A DNA stretch of 42,090 nt from Candidatus Pacearchaeota archaeon (GTDB taxonomy: Archaea > Nanobdellota > Nanobdellia > Pacearchaeales > GW2011-AR1): assembly GCA_009694755.1 (NCBI GenBank), contig SICU01000002.1:1-42090 (forward strand), read 5' to 3'. The position numbers and the translations under genes were made by a program. The notes beneath the pieces are model-generated. The model searched no databases and had not been told where the DNA came from. It was given only the letters and a program-made list of their open reading frames with translations. Shown here in pieces: positions 8,982 through 17,280 of this stretch (positions are counted from its first letter, which is position 1; the number at the start of each line of letters is the position of its first letter).

Positions 8982-10120
8982 CGAACCATTCTATCTATAG
9001 CAAACATACCGTCCCAAGGAGAATCAAAAAGAGTCATAGATCCAAGTTTAGGACACCTATCAACACCAAATAAAGTCATATCATCAATAAACTGTGTTCT
9101 TTTAATATTATTCTCCATAGCAATTCCAACAGTTTGCTGATGTCTGCTATTTAAATGTTTCAAATTATCAAGTGATCTGACAAATATAACTCTTGAAAAG
9201 CAAGGGTCTGCAAGACCTTTTTCATCAGAATAAATAACAGTCCAATCAGTATTTTTAGAAGCGAAGACTGTCCCAGTAATAGTATACTCCTCTCTAAGCG
9301 TTAAAATCTCTAGTTTCTTTCCAGGATCAGTAAATCCTTTAGGAATCATCAGACGATTAACTTTGTCTAATTCCTTTGAAAGAATTTGAGCGAATTCTAA
9401 AGCATTTCCATCAACAAAAATAGTGTGGGGAGATGAACAAGCAGTTTGGTCAAAGGTAGAAATATCAAAAGCAATTTTTCTTGCCGACTCAATAGTTGCA
9501 TTCTTTTTATCTACAATAGCATAAGAATATTTTGGGCCATACACAATATCTTCACAAAAAACATCTTTTTTATAATGCATAATAGCCTCAATAGCTTCCT
9601 TCCCACCCCAAGCTATTCTTATATCAGCAGCTTTCGATATCTCTTCATTTCTTTGCTTGTCTTTACTATCAATAGAGACAATTGCAAATGTCTGAGCAAA
9701 TTCTTTGCCTTTAATTGCAGAGGTATCTACTCGTTCAAATACTTCAGCCAGCTTCTTAAGTTCTTGATAGTATGAATATGGAGCTCTTACCAAAGATACA
9801 TTTTTTGTAATCATAGCTTGAATTAAGGAATATAATCCAAGAGTTTTAACATTTCCCGCAACCCAATGAACAGCTAAACCTCTAGGTTGAACATGATATA
9901 AACGACCATCTTTTAGTTCTATAAAATCATCAAGTATCTTATAACTTCCCCGTAAAGCGAGATCTAACATCATTTTTAGATTATCTTTTGACATAAAGTT
10001 TTTGACTTCTTTTTCTTCTATAGATTTACCAACTGCATCCAAATAGTCAAGAATATCATCAATTTTCAGTGCATGAATATATTCTCTTTTATTTTTTAAA
10101 TCCTGAATTATTTGATTCAT
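8960..10120 (-). CDS. LuxC-like acyl-CoA/acyl-carrier reductase (aldehyde-forming)
   Basis: HWVAGNVKTLGLYSLIQAMITKNVSLVRAP and the Cys region QTACSSPHTIFV resemble the LuxC family by recall. The tracked ORF opens with TTG at 10138; the ATG at 10120 overlaps the LuxE-like stop as ATGA. Confidence 0.75.
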   Translation of the reverse strand: MNQIIQDLKNKREYIHALKIDDILDYLDAVGKSIEEKEVKNFMSKDNLKMMLDLALRGSYKILDDFIELKDGRLYHVQPRGLAVHWVAGNVKTLGLYSLIQAMITKNVSLVRAPYSYYQELKKLAEVFERVDTSAIKGKEFAQTFAIVSIDSKDKQRNEEISKAADIRIAWGGKEAIEAIMHYKKDVFCEDIVYGPKYSYAIVDKKNATIESARKIAFDISTFDQTACSSPHTIFVDGNALEFAQILSKELDKVNRLMIPKGFTDPGKKLEILTLREEYTITGTVFASKNTDWTVIYSDEKGLADPCFSRVIFVRSLDNLKHLNSRHQQTVGIAMENNIKRTQFIDDMTLFGVDRCPKLGSMTLFDSPWDGMFAIDRMVRWVVTWK

Positions 10121-11169
10121 TTTAAAGTATCTCCACAACCCTTTAGTTCAGCATTTTTTGCTCGCTCTTTGAAAATAAAATACTTTCCTTTTCTTCCGCA
10201 TAAGCAGTCATCTTCACCAATGATTTTACCGATATCATCTGTAAGGAGAGAAATTCCTGGGTAGCTATGAGGAACAGGGCTGATTAACTGTATAAATCCT
10301 TCAGAAGTACTCTCTAATGTACCAACATCTCTCATAATTACATCAGAATAATTTGGAACATGTTTGTAACCTTGTTCACAATCAATGTAAACAGTACCTA
10401 ATTGTTCAGTCATGCCATAAATATCATAAATTTTTACAGACGCAAGGCTTGAACTAACTGTTTTATTGAAAACATCTTTTGAGACACTGATATCACTAAG
10501 TTTTTTCCATCCTCCAATATGAAGAATAACACTTTCTGGAAAGTTTATTGGTGAGATATCCTTTACTATTTTGTAGAGTAACCAAGTAAAACCAAAAAAG
10601 CAAACTGGTTGACCCTTTAATTTAATTAAAATTTCCTCTAGAGCTCGCGTTTTAAGATGCAAATCATCATCTAGAATAAAAGTAACTGATTTAGCAAAAG
10701 GCAACATGCCCCTAATAGCAGAACCTCTTGATGACAATGAATGTTCATTAGACTTTATTGTATTTTCAGTATCAAAAACAATAAGATTGATTCTTTGGTT
10801 GCCAATAAAAGAGGAGACTATAGAATTAAGGCATTTTACTTGCCTTTTTCTAGTTAATTCATCAAGATAAATCATACTTGGATTATTTCCAGTAGTAGCG
10901 CTAGATTTAACAACAGTAACTATATCTTCATCTTTAACAGAAATAAGTTTCATTTTTTTGAATAAATTAACTGAAATAAATGGTAATTTTTCAATATCAG
11001 AATTAAATGTATTATTCCAGCCTTTAGAATCACAAATCTTTCTAAACTCAATGGAATGATTATAATGAAAATTGATTGCTTCTGTAATTGCAGGAACAAA
11101 ATACTTATCCTTTTCTTTCTTTTCTAAATTAAAAGGCTGCTGCTCTAAAAGTAAATCTGTTCGATCCAT
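10117..11169 (-). CDS. LuxE-like acyl-protein synthetase / adenylating enzyme
   Basis: LPFISVNLFKKMKL, VKSSATTGNNPS, LHIGGWKKL and the C-terminal ELKGCGDT resemble the LuxE family by recall. It is the first gene of the minus-strand operon, with TTTTTATA about 25 nt upstream. Confidence 0.75.
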   Translation of the reverse strand: MDRTDLLLEQQPFNLEKKEKDKYFVPAITEAINFHYNHSIEFRKICDSKGWNNTFNSDIEKLPFISVNLFKKMKLISVKDEDIVTVVKSSATTGNNPSMIYLDELTRKRQVKCLNSIVSSFIGNQRINLIVFDTENTIKSNEHSLSSRGSAIRGMLPFAKSVTFILDDDLHLKTRALEEILIKLKGQPVCFFGFTWLLYKIVKDISPINFPESVILHIGGWKKLSDISVSKDVFNKTVSSSLASVKIYDIYGMTEQLGTVYIDCEQGYKHVPNYSDVIMRDVGTLESTSEGFIQLISPVPHSYPGISLLTDDIGKIIGEDDCLCGRKGKYFIFKERAKNAELKGCGDTLK

Positions 11170-11193
11170 GGTTAATTTTGCTCAAATAACAAC

Positions 11194-11201
11194 TATAAAA
11201 A
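11194..11201 (-). promoter_or_regulatory. TATA-like box (TTTTTATA on minus strand) for the LuxE-led operon
   Basis: It lies 25-32 nt upstream of the ATG at 11169. This matches the spacing seen at other operon-first genes here. Confidence 0.35.
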
Positions 11202-11240
11202 CAAGCGATGCGACACATTTTAAACCTATGGTTAACTAGT

Positions 11241-11248
11241 TTTAAATA
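11241..11248 (+). promoter_or_regulatory. TATA-like box (TTTAAATA) for the GT4/GT-C pair
   Basis: It lies 21-28 nt upstream of the ATG at 11269. Confidence 0.35.
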
Positions 11249-11268
11249 CAGAGTTTTATTAAAAATAT

Positions 11269-12405
11269 ATGCGTATTTTAGAGCTTACAAACTATACTGC
11301 TGGTTCATGCGGAGTAAGTAAGCGAGTTATTAGAGAGTCTCAAATGCTTGCTAAAGAAGGAAATATAGTGAGAATATTTTCTTCAAATTTAGTTAAAGGC
11401 AATTCTCAAATTTGTCAACAATTTGAAAAAATAGGAGATATACAAATAACTAGATTTAATGCTAAAAAATTAGGGGGAGAAAGTTTTCTTAATTGGAGTT
11501 TTGAGAAAGAAGCCATTTCATTTATGCCAGATATTATCATAGCCCATGCATATCGTCATTTACACACGCTTAAAGCACTAAAAATAGCCTCTAAAATAAA
11601 AGTTCCTTGTCTGATAGTTACTCATGCTCCTTTCAAAAGAGAAAAAACGAGGAATTTATCGCAAAATTTAATCGTATGGTTGTATGATTTATTAATTGGT
11701 AGAAAAACAATTGCTAAGTTCGATAAAGTTTTAATTATTGCTCCCTGGGAAGTAAAATATTTATTAAATTTAGGGATTTCCAAAGATAAATTAGTTTATT
11801 CACCTAACGGAATAGACATAGAATTCTTTAAAAGAAAAATTGAATATAATAAATCTAGACTAGTTATTTACACAGGTAGAATTGCCCCAATAAAAAATTT
11901 AGAAGTTTTAATTGATTCAATGAAATTAGTTAATAGCGAAGTAAATCTTTTAATATACGGCCCAGCAGAAAAAGATTATTTAATAAAATTAGCTAATTTA
12001 GTTATAAAAAATAAACTTCAAAGAAGAGTTTCTATAATAAATAAAGAATATGACTTACAACAGCAGTTAAAACTTCTTGATAAATCAGAAATATTCGTAC
12101 TTCCCTCAAAAAGCGAAGGAATGCCACAGTCATTAATTGAAGCAATGGCTAGAGCAAAGATAGTAATTGGGAGCGATATTATATCCATAAATTCTATAAT
12201 TCATAATGGCGATAATGGTTTTACTTTTAAAGAAAATGATTCGAAAGACCTTGCTAAAAAAATAAATTTAGTTTTAGAGCTCAATTCATCTAAAAGAATA
12301 GCTATTAAAAAAGCAGCAGTCTCTTCAGTCAAAGCATTTAAATGGCCTTTAATAATAAAAGATCTTAATAATCTTCTAATAACGGTTAAAAAAAATCATG
12401 GTTGA
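11269..12405 (+). CDS. GT-B fold glycosyltransferase (family 4/1)
   Basis: 378 aa. The C-terminal half has FVLPSKSEGMPQSLIEAMARAKIVIGSD, the E-x7-E region typical of GT4. Confidence 0.85.
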   Translation: MRILELTNYTAGSCGVSKRVIRESQMLAKEGNIVRIFSSNLVKGNSQICQQFEKIGDIQITRFNAKKLGGESFLNWSFEKEAISFMPDIIIAHAYRHLHTLKALKIASKIKVPCLIVTHAPFKREKTRNLSQNLIVWLYDLLIGRKTIAKFDKVLIIAPWEVKYLLNLGISKDKLVYSPNGIDIEFFKRKIEYNKSRLVIYTGRIAPIKNLEVLIDSMKLVNSEVNLLIYGPAEKDYLIKLANLVIKNKLQRRVSIINKEYDLQQQLKLLDKSEIFVLPSKSEGMPQSLIEAMARAKIVIGSDIISINSIIHNGDNGFTFKENDSKDLAKKINLVLELNSSKRIAIKKAAVSSVKAFKWPLIIKDLNNLLITVKKNHG

Positions 12406-13867
12406 AAAAACAATAAACGAAAAACAAAACTATTATTTAATATTTTTAATTTTAATTGGTGCAACAATTAGAATATACTTCCTTAATTTAGTAAAAAATC
12501 AAGCTCACTGGTGGGATTCATTAGCCTATGGTAGTTTAGCAAAAAATATGATTTATCATAAATGGGATGATGTTCCATTTTTAATTCACGAATCAATTAT
12601 TCGTCCCCCTTTATTGCCACTTATTTGGAGTTGGTTAATTAGAATAGGGTCTTCAGATTATGCGATTATTTTTATTACTAATATTATTCCTTCAATAATT
12701 TCAATATACTTAATTTATCTAATTGCTAAAGAAATGTATGGGAGCACTATAGGAATATTTTCAGCCATATTTGCTTCAATATCCTGGATTTATTTATTTT
12801 ATTCAGCAAGAGCTCTTACAGATATTCCTTCAATGTTTCTGGCATTAGCAAGCATATATTTCTTTATAAAATCTTATGAATTATTTAATATCAAATTCTG
12901 GAGTTTATCCGTTTTTTGTTTAGCCTTATCAGTTTTATTTAGGTACTCTTACGCATTATTTGCTTTAATATATATAATATTTCTTATATTCATACATAAA
13001 ACTCAATTAATTAAAAAAAAGAAATTTTGGTTGGGGGGAATATTAGGAGCAACACCTATAATCTTTTTCATAATTTTTAATTTAATCAGTTATGGTTCTA
13101 TTTTACCAGCTGCCGAAGAATATACTTCTAGTGCAAGCGAGAAAACAAACTTTGCTTGGTACACTTTATCATTCATAAATCACATTTTACGTTTTCCTAT
13201 GTTAATTTTATTTTATATTGGGGGATTGATTATCCTTCTAAAAACTATAATGAGCTATGGACTCATAGGAAAATTTAAAGAGTCAAAAATGCATGTATTT
13301 AATCTATTATTAGTAATTATCTCTCTTTCATTTTATATATTTTTCTTAAAAGCTTCAGAAGATAGATATCTATTAGGGATTTCTAGTGCCTTATTTATAT
13401 TTTCAGCAATTGGACTTCACAGTATTTTTAAAATTTTATTACCTTATAATAAGAAGATAGCTTTTGGAGTTTGCATTTTTATTTTAATATGGTCAATTTA
13501 TAGCCAAATTCTTTTTGCAAATACTTTAATTTTAGATAAAAAAGAGTCCTATAGACCAATGAAAGACGCATTTAATTGGGTATATCACAATACTCCAGAA
13601 AATACACTAATTGCAGGTGATTGGGCAGAACCATATGCAATATATTATTCAGAACGCAAAGTCCAAATATTGCCGCAAGATCTGAACTTTAGCAATTTTA
13701 CTCTTGAAGCAGATTATGTTATCCTTACAGCAGTTCATTCTCCAAATGAAAAAGTAGGTAATTATGTAAGAAAGTTAGCTGAGGATGGACAACTAATTTT
13801 ATCTAAAGTTTTCTTTTTTGATGAGGCTCAAAAAAATCCAGCAGTAGTTATTTATAAGCGAAAATAA
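12398..13867 (+). CDS. polytopic GT-C glycosyltransferase, ArnT/PMT (GT39/GT83)-like
   Basis: 489 aa with many TM helices. The N-terminal first-loop region (NQAHWWDSLAYGSLAKNM...IRPPLLPLIW) and a soluble C-terminal domain match the ArnT/PMT_2 architecture by recall. It overlaps the GT4 stop by 8 nt. Confidence 0.55.
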   Translation: MVEKTINEKQNYYLIFLILIGATIRIYFLNLVKNQAHWWDSLAYGSLAKNMIYHKWDDVPFLIHESIIRPPLLPLIWSWLIRIGSSDYAIIFITNIIPSIISIYLIYLIAKEMYGSTIGIFSAIFASISWIYLFYSARALTDIPSMFLALASIYFFIKSYELFNIKFWSLSVFCLALSVLFRYSYALFALIYIIFLIFIHKTQLIKKKKFWLGGILGATPIIFFIIFNLISYGSILPAAEEYTSSASEKTNFAWYTLSFINHILRFPMLILFYIGGLIILLKTIMSYGLIGKFKESKMHVFNLLLVIISLSFYIFFLKASEDRYLLGISSALFIFSAIGLHSIFKILLPYNKKIAFGVCIFILIWSIYSQILFANTLILDKKESYRPMKDAFNWVYHNTPENTLIAGDWAEPYAIYYSERKVQILPQDLNFSNFTLEADYVILTAVHSPNEKVGNYVRKLAEDGQLILSKVFFFDEAQKNPAVVIYKRK

Positions 13868-13869
13868 TC

Positions 13870-14520
13870 TCAAGATTTAATAGCTAAAATTGCAATTTCG
13901 TTACCTTTCGAATTATGTCGAAGATATTCTAGCGTATCAATATATTTAGCTAAAACATTTACTTTTTTTCTTAATAAATATTTTGCGAAAAAATGAATAT
14001 ATAATGCAATTAATTCAATAATCGAGCCACCTGCAAATATTTTTTTCAAAATAAATCCTTTATTTGTTAAAATTTTAGTAATAGAGTTTATTGAATAATG
14101 CCTTTCATGTTGAACATACCTTACAGGGTTAAGATAGCTAAGAAGAGTATCATTTGGTACACAAATAATTAGATGTCCCTTCCTTTTTAGAACTCTATAA
14201 ATTTCATCGACAGCTCCTTTATCATTTTTTATATGTTCAAGTACATCAAGCATAATCACTTGCGTCAAGGACTCATTTTTAAATGGAAGTTTTGTAGCAT
14301 CACATTGAAGTTTATTCAAGGATTTATTCTCTTTTCCAAGGTTTTTTTTATCCAAATCCGAAGAAATAAATTCGTTATTATTTAAAAAAAGATTATTTTC
14401 AATCCACTGCATCTCACCTGCCCCGATATTCAATGTCTTACCTTTAATTTTAGTATCTATCATTGACGCACAAATTCTTTCACGTCCATACAATTTCAAA
14501 TTATTTTTTATTTTTTGCAT
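13870..14520 (-). CDS. class I SAM-dependent methyltransferase (Methyltransf_11-like)
   Basis: TLNIGAGE is motif I. VIMLDVLEHIKNDKGAVDEIYRVLKRKGHLIICVPN covers motifs II-III. It is the last gene of the AglB operon and overlaps the upstream gene by 20 nt. Confidence 0.8.
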   Translation of the reverse strand: MQKIKNNLKLYGRERICASMIDTKIKGKTLNIGAGEMQWIENNLFLNNNEFISSDLDKKNLGKENKSLNKLQCDATKLPFKNESLTQVIMLDVLEHIKNDKGAVDEIYRVLKRKGHLIICVPNDTLLSYLNPVRYVQHERHYSINSITKILTNKGFILKKIFAGGSIIELIALYIHFFAKYLLRKKVNVLAKYIDTLEYLRHNSKGNEIAILAIKS

Positions 14521-15469
14521 TATTCAAAACACCAAATATAATCGAATATGTAGACACCAAATTAATTACTGGTTCATTAAAAAAACATAAATCTCGGTAT
14601 TTTAAAAAATGATACATTGCTACAAAAATAGGTAAAATTATAGAATTTGTATAAATCAGCCAAATTCCTATTTTTGGCAAGTCTTTATTCCAATTTATCC
14701 ATTTAAACAATCTTTTTTTCTTATTTGGAAAATATGTTCTTTGCAAGTTCCTTATACGTTTTTTATAAAGTTCAGCAAGGCTTCTCAATAAGTGATGATA
14801 AACTCCAGTTTCTGGAACATATGCAAAATTAGTATATCCCATATTAAATAATACGGCTGGAATTTCATTGTCTATTAACTGAGTTTCATTAGATACATAA
14901 TCAATAATGAGATTTCTTCTATAAATCATAAGCCCTTGCGGAGGTATTTTTTCGCGAGTTAAAGCGCAAAAAAAGTAATTTTTTCTTTTTTCAACGATTA
15001 TTTCTTTAATCGATGTAGTAAAATATTTAAAAATTGGATCTCTCTGCCATTCATCATACGATAAAGTTCTAGTTAATGGGTGATGTGTCGGATTAACAAG
15101 AAATCTTATAAAAACTCCCACAATAGAATCATCCTCTTCTAAAGGAAAAGTCATTTTTCTAACAAAATTTTCATCACTTAAGACCATATCAGCATCTAAA
15201 TACATAAAGAAATCTCCTTTAGCCTTCAAGAATCCTTTCATTTTGCTTACTTCAGCATCTTTAACTTTATTAAATATGACTCGAATATTAATTTTTTTAG
15301 AAAAACTCTTTACAATAGAAACAGTGTCATCAGTAGAATAATTATCGACTACAATAACCTCTATTTTATTTTTTTTAATTTTTTGGCAAGCAATAGACTC
15401 CAAACATAATTTAATATCTTTTGATTCGTTATATGTTGGTATAATTATGCTAAGAACTGATTGGCTCAT
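14501..15469 (-). CDS. family 2 glycosyltransferase with C-terminal TM segments
   Basis: LSIIIPTYNESKDIKLCLESIACQ, VIVVDNYSTDDT and YLDADM (DxD). Confidence 0.85.
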   Translation of the reverse strand: MSQSVLSIIIPTYNESKDIKLCLESIACQKIKKNKIEVIVVDNYSTDDTVSIVKSFSKKINIRVIFNKVKDAEVSKMKGFLKAKGDFFMYLDADMVLSDENFVRKMTFPLEEDDSIVGVFIRFLVNPTHHPLTRTLSYDEWQRDPIFKYFTTSIKEIIVEKRKNYFFCALTREKIPPQGLMIYRRNLIIDYVSNETQLIDNEIPAVLFNMGYTNFAYVPETGVYHHLLRSLAELYKKRIRNLQRTYFPNKKKRLFKWINWNKDLPKIGIWLIYTNSIILPIFVAMYHFLKYRDLCFFNEPVINLVSTYSIIFGVLNNAKNKK

Positions 15470-16486
15470 CTATTCGCCAAATTCTAAGTCTTTAAATGTC
15501 TTTTTATGCTTAATAAAATACTCCATTGCAATGCTTTGAGGATAGATTAAATTATTCAAATTAGATTTTTCTGAAAATAACTTGCTCTTTATTATATTCT
15601 TTCGTTGAATAAAATAATAAATTATATTTGGTAAACTTAAGACAAAAGGAATTCCTCTTTTTAAAGGAAATCTTAATGCCGAAATTAATTCAAGCATCAA
15701 TCTAGTTGGAAGCAATTTTAAGATATTAAACATAGAATAATTTTTTAAAAAAGCTAATATGTGATTTCGAGTAATATAATACTCTTTTTTAAAATTAATT
15801 TTTTCATAATTAACACTAAAACTTCCCATATGATAGACTACCGATTTTGGAGAGTACCAAATCTCCATTCCTTGATTATTTGTTCTCCAACAAAAATCTA
15901 GTTCTTCAGCATACATAAAAAATTTTTCATCAAACATACCTCGTTTAATAAATTCATCACGGTTTACAAGAAAAGAGACACCACAACCCCAAAAAATCCT
16001 AGTTTCATCGTCATATTGCCCCTTATCTTTTTCAACATTATCAAAAATTCTCCCTCTGCAAAATGGATATCCATATTTATCAATAAAACCTCCAGCTGCA
16101 CCAGCATTTTCAAAATAATTTCGATTATAGAAAGATTTTACTTTTGATTGTACTCCTATACATTTTGAATGAGCTTTTAATGTTTTAATCATTTCATTTG
16201 CCCAATTTTTACTTACAATTAAATCATTATTTAAAAATATTATTTGCTTAGCTTTAGATTGCATCGCTAAAAAGTTTGAAGCTTGAGCAAAACCTAATCG
16301 TTCATGAGTAATATAAAATTTTACTTGTGGAAATTTTTTTCCTACAACTTCTATAGATTTATCAGTAGTTGCATTAAATAATATCGTTACCTTAGCAGAA
16401 GCATCATCTGCAAAAATGGACTTCAAACAGTTAATTATAACCTCTGTCCCATTAAGATGAATAATCAGTATTTCTAATTCTTTCAT
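15470..16486 (-). CDS. family 2 glycosyltransferase (rhamnosyl/galactosyl-transferase-like)
   Basis: ILIIHLNGTEVIINCLKSI, IIFLNNDLIV, WGCGVSFLVNRDEF and YAEELDFCWR are typical of the GT2 WbbL-like group. Confidence 0.8.
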   Translation of the reverse strand: MKELEILIIHLNGTEVIINCLKSIFADDASAKVTILFNATTDKSIEVVGKKFPQVKFYITHERLGFAQASNFLAMQSKAKQIIFLNNDLIVSKNWANEMIKTLKAHSKCIGVQSKVKSFYNRNYFENAGAAGGFIDKYGYPFCRGRIFDNVEKDKGQYDDETRIFWGCGVSFLVNRDEFIKRGMFDEKFFMYAEELDFCWRTNNQGMEIWYSPKSVVYHMGSFSVNYEKINFKKEYYITRNHILAFLKNYSMFNILKLLPTRLMLELISALRFPLKRGIPFVLSLPNIIYYFIQRKNIIKSKLFSEKSNLNNLIYPQSIAMEYFIKHKKTFKDLEFGE

Positions 16487-17280
16487 TTTATTGTCAATTT
16501 GTGATTTATTTTAATTATCTCGGGTAATGAGTCATATGCTCTATTAATAAATGAAAAAGGGGAATGAATGAGTCTTAAGCGTATAATTCCCAATAACATT
16601 TTTAACGAAGCCCTAATTATATCTAATTTAGACATATCTTGATCATGCCATACAGTTGGAAATTCAATAATTTTAAGATTTTGAAGTTTACACAAATATA
16701 ATAAATTTACATCAAATGCCCATTGAGTGATAAAGACTTTAGGAACAATTTTTTCAATGTCTCTTATTTTAAACAATTTTGAGCCACATTGAGTGTCTTC
16801 ATAGCTCATAAAAAAAAGTAATTTAACTATCGTATTAAAAATTCTACTCGCCAATAATCTAATTAGAGATTGTTTTTTTGAGATTACAGATTTTGAAGAC
16901 CATCTGTTACATATTATTCCGGAATTATTTCCAATATTCAAAATAAGCTCTTGAAAGTCCTTGGGACTAGTAGACAAATCAGCATCAACAAATCCGACAA
17001 AATCATATTTTTTTTCGATAAAATATTTGAAGCCTTGAATTACTGCATAGCCCTTTCCTCCAAGTTCAAGATTAAGATATGCAATATTCTTAAATTTTTT
17101 AGTATATTTTTTTACAATTTTTTCAGTAAAGTCTTTTGTATTGTTAATAACCACAAGCAGGGAATATTCTTCATTATTATTTTTCTGTTTTTTATGATAA
17201 TAATTCGCATATTCTTGAAGCATTCTACCAATTCTTTTTTCTTCATTATGTGCTGGAATAACTATACCTATTTTTTTCAT
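16483..17280 (-). CDS. GT2 dolichyl-phosphate hexose synthase-like glycosyltransferase
   Basis: IGIVIPAHNEEKRIGRMLQEY, FVDADLSTSP and EDTQCGSKLF resemble Dol-P-Glc/Dol-P-Man synthase (Alg5/Dpm1/AglJ-like) proteins. There are ATGA overlaps on both sides. Confidence 0.7.
   Translation of the reverse strand: MKKIGIVIPAHNEEKRIGRMLQEYANYYHKKQKNNNEEYSLLVVINNTKDFTEKIVKKYTKKFKNIAYLNLELGGKGYAVIQGFKYFIEKKYDFVGFVDADLSTSPKDFQELILNIGNNSGIICNRWSSKSVISKKQSLIRLLASRIFNTIVKLLFFMSYEDTQCGSKLFKIRDIEKIVPKVFITQWAFDVNLLYLCKLQNLKIIEFPTVWHDQDMSKLDIIRASLKMLLGIIRLRLIHSPFSFINRAYDSLPEIIKINHKLTIK

Noticed and set aside
1394-9775. Tracked ORFs of 60-109 aa on the strand opposite the glycosylation genes: 1394-1576, 1699-1965, 2051-2323, 4006-4245, 4016-4234, 4897-5163, 5001-5210, 5532-5732, 8559-8834, 8859-9140 and 9446-9775.
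   Set aside because: Each lies entirely or almost entirely (8859-9140) within longer ORFs on the other strand that have clear family motifs. Their translations are low-complexity and rich in Ser, Phe, Ile, Asn and Cys, as expected for antisense frames of AT-rich genes.
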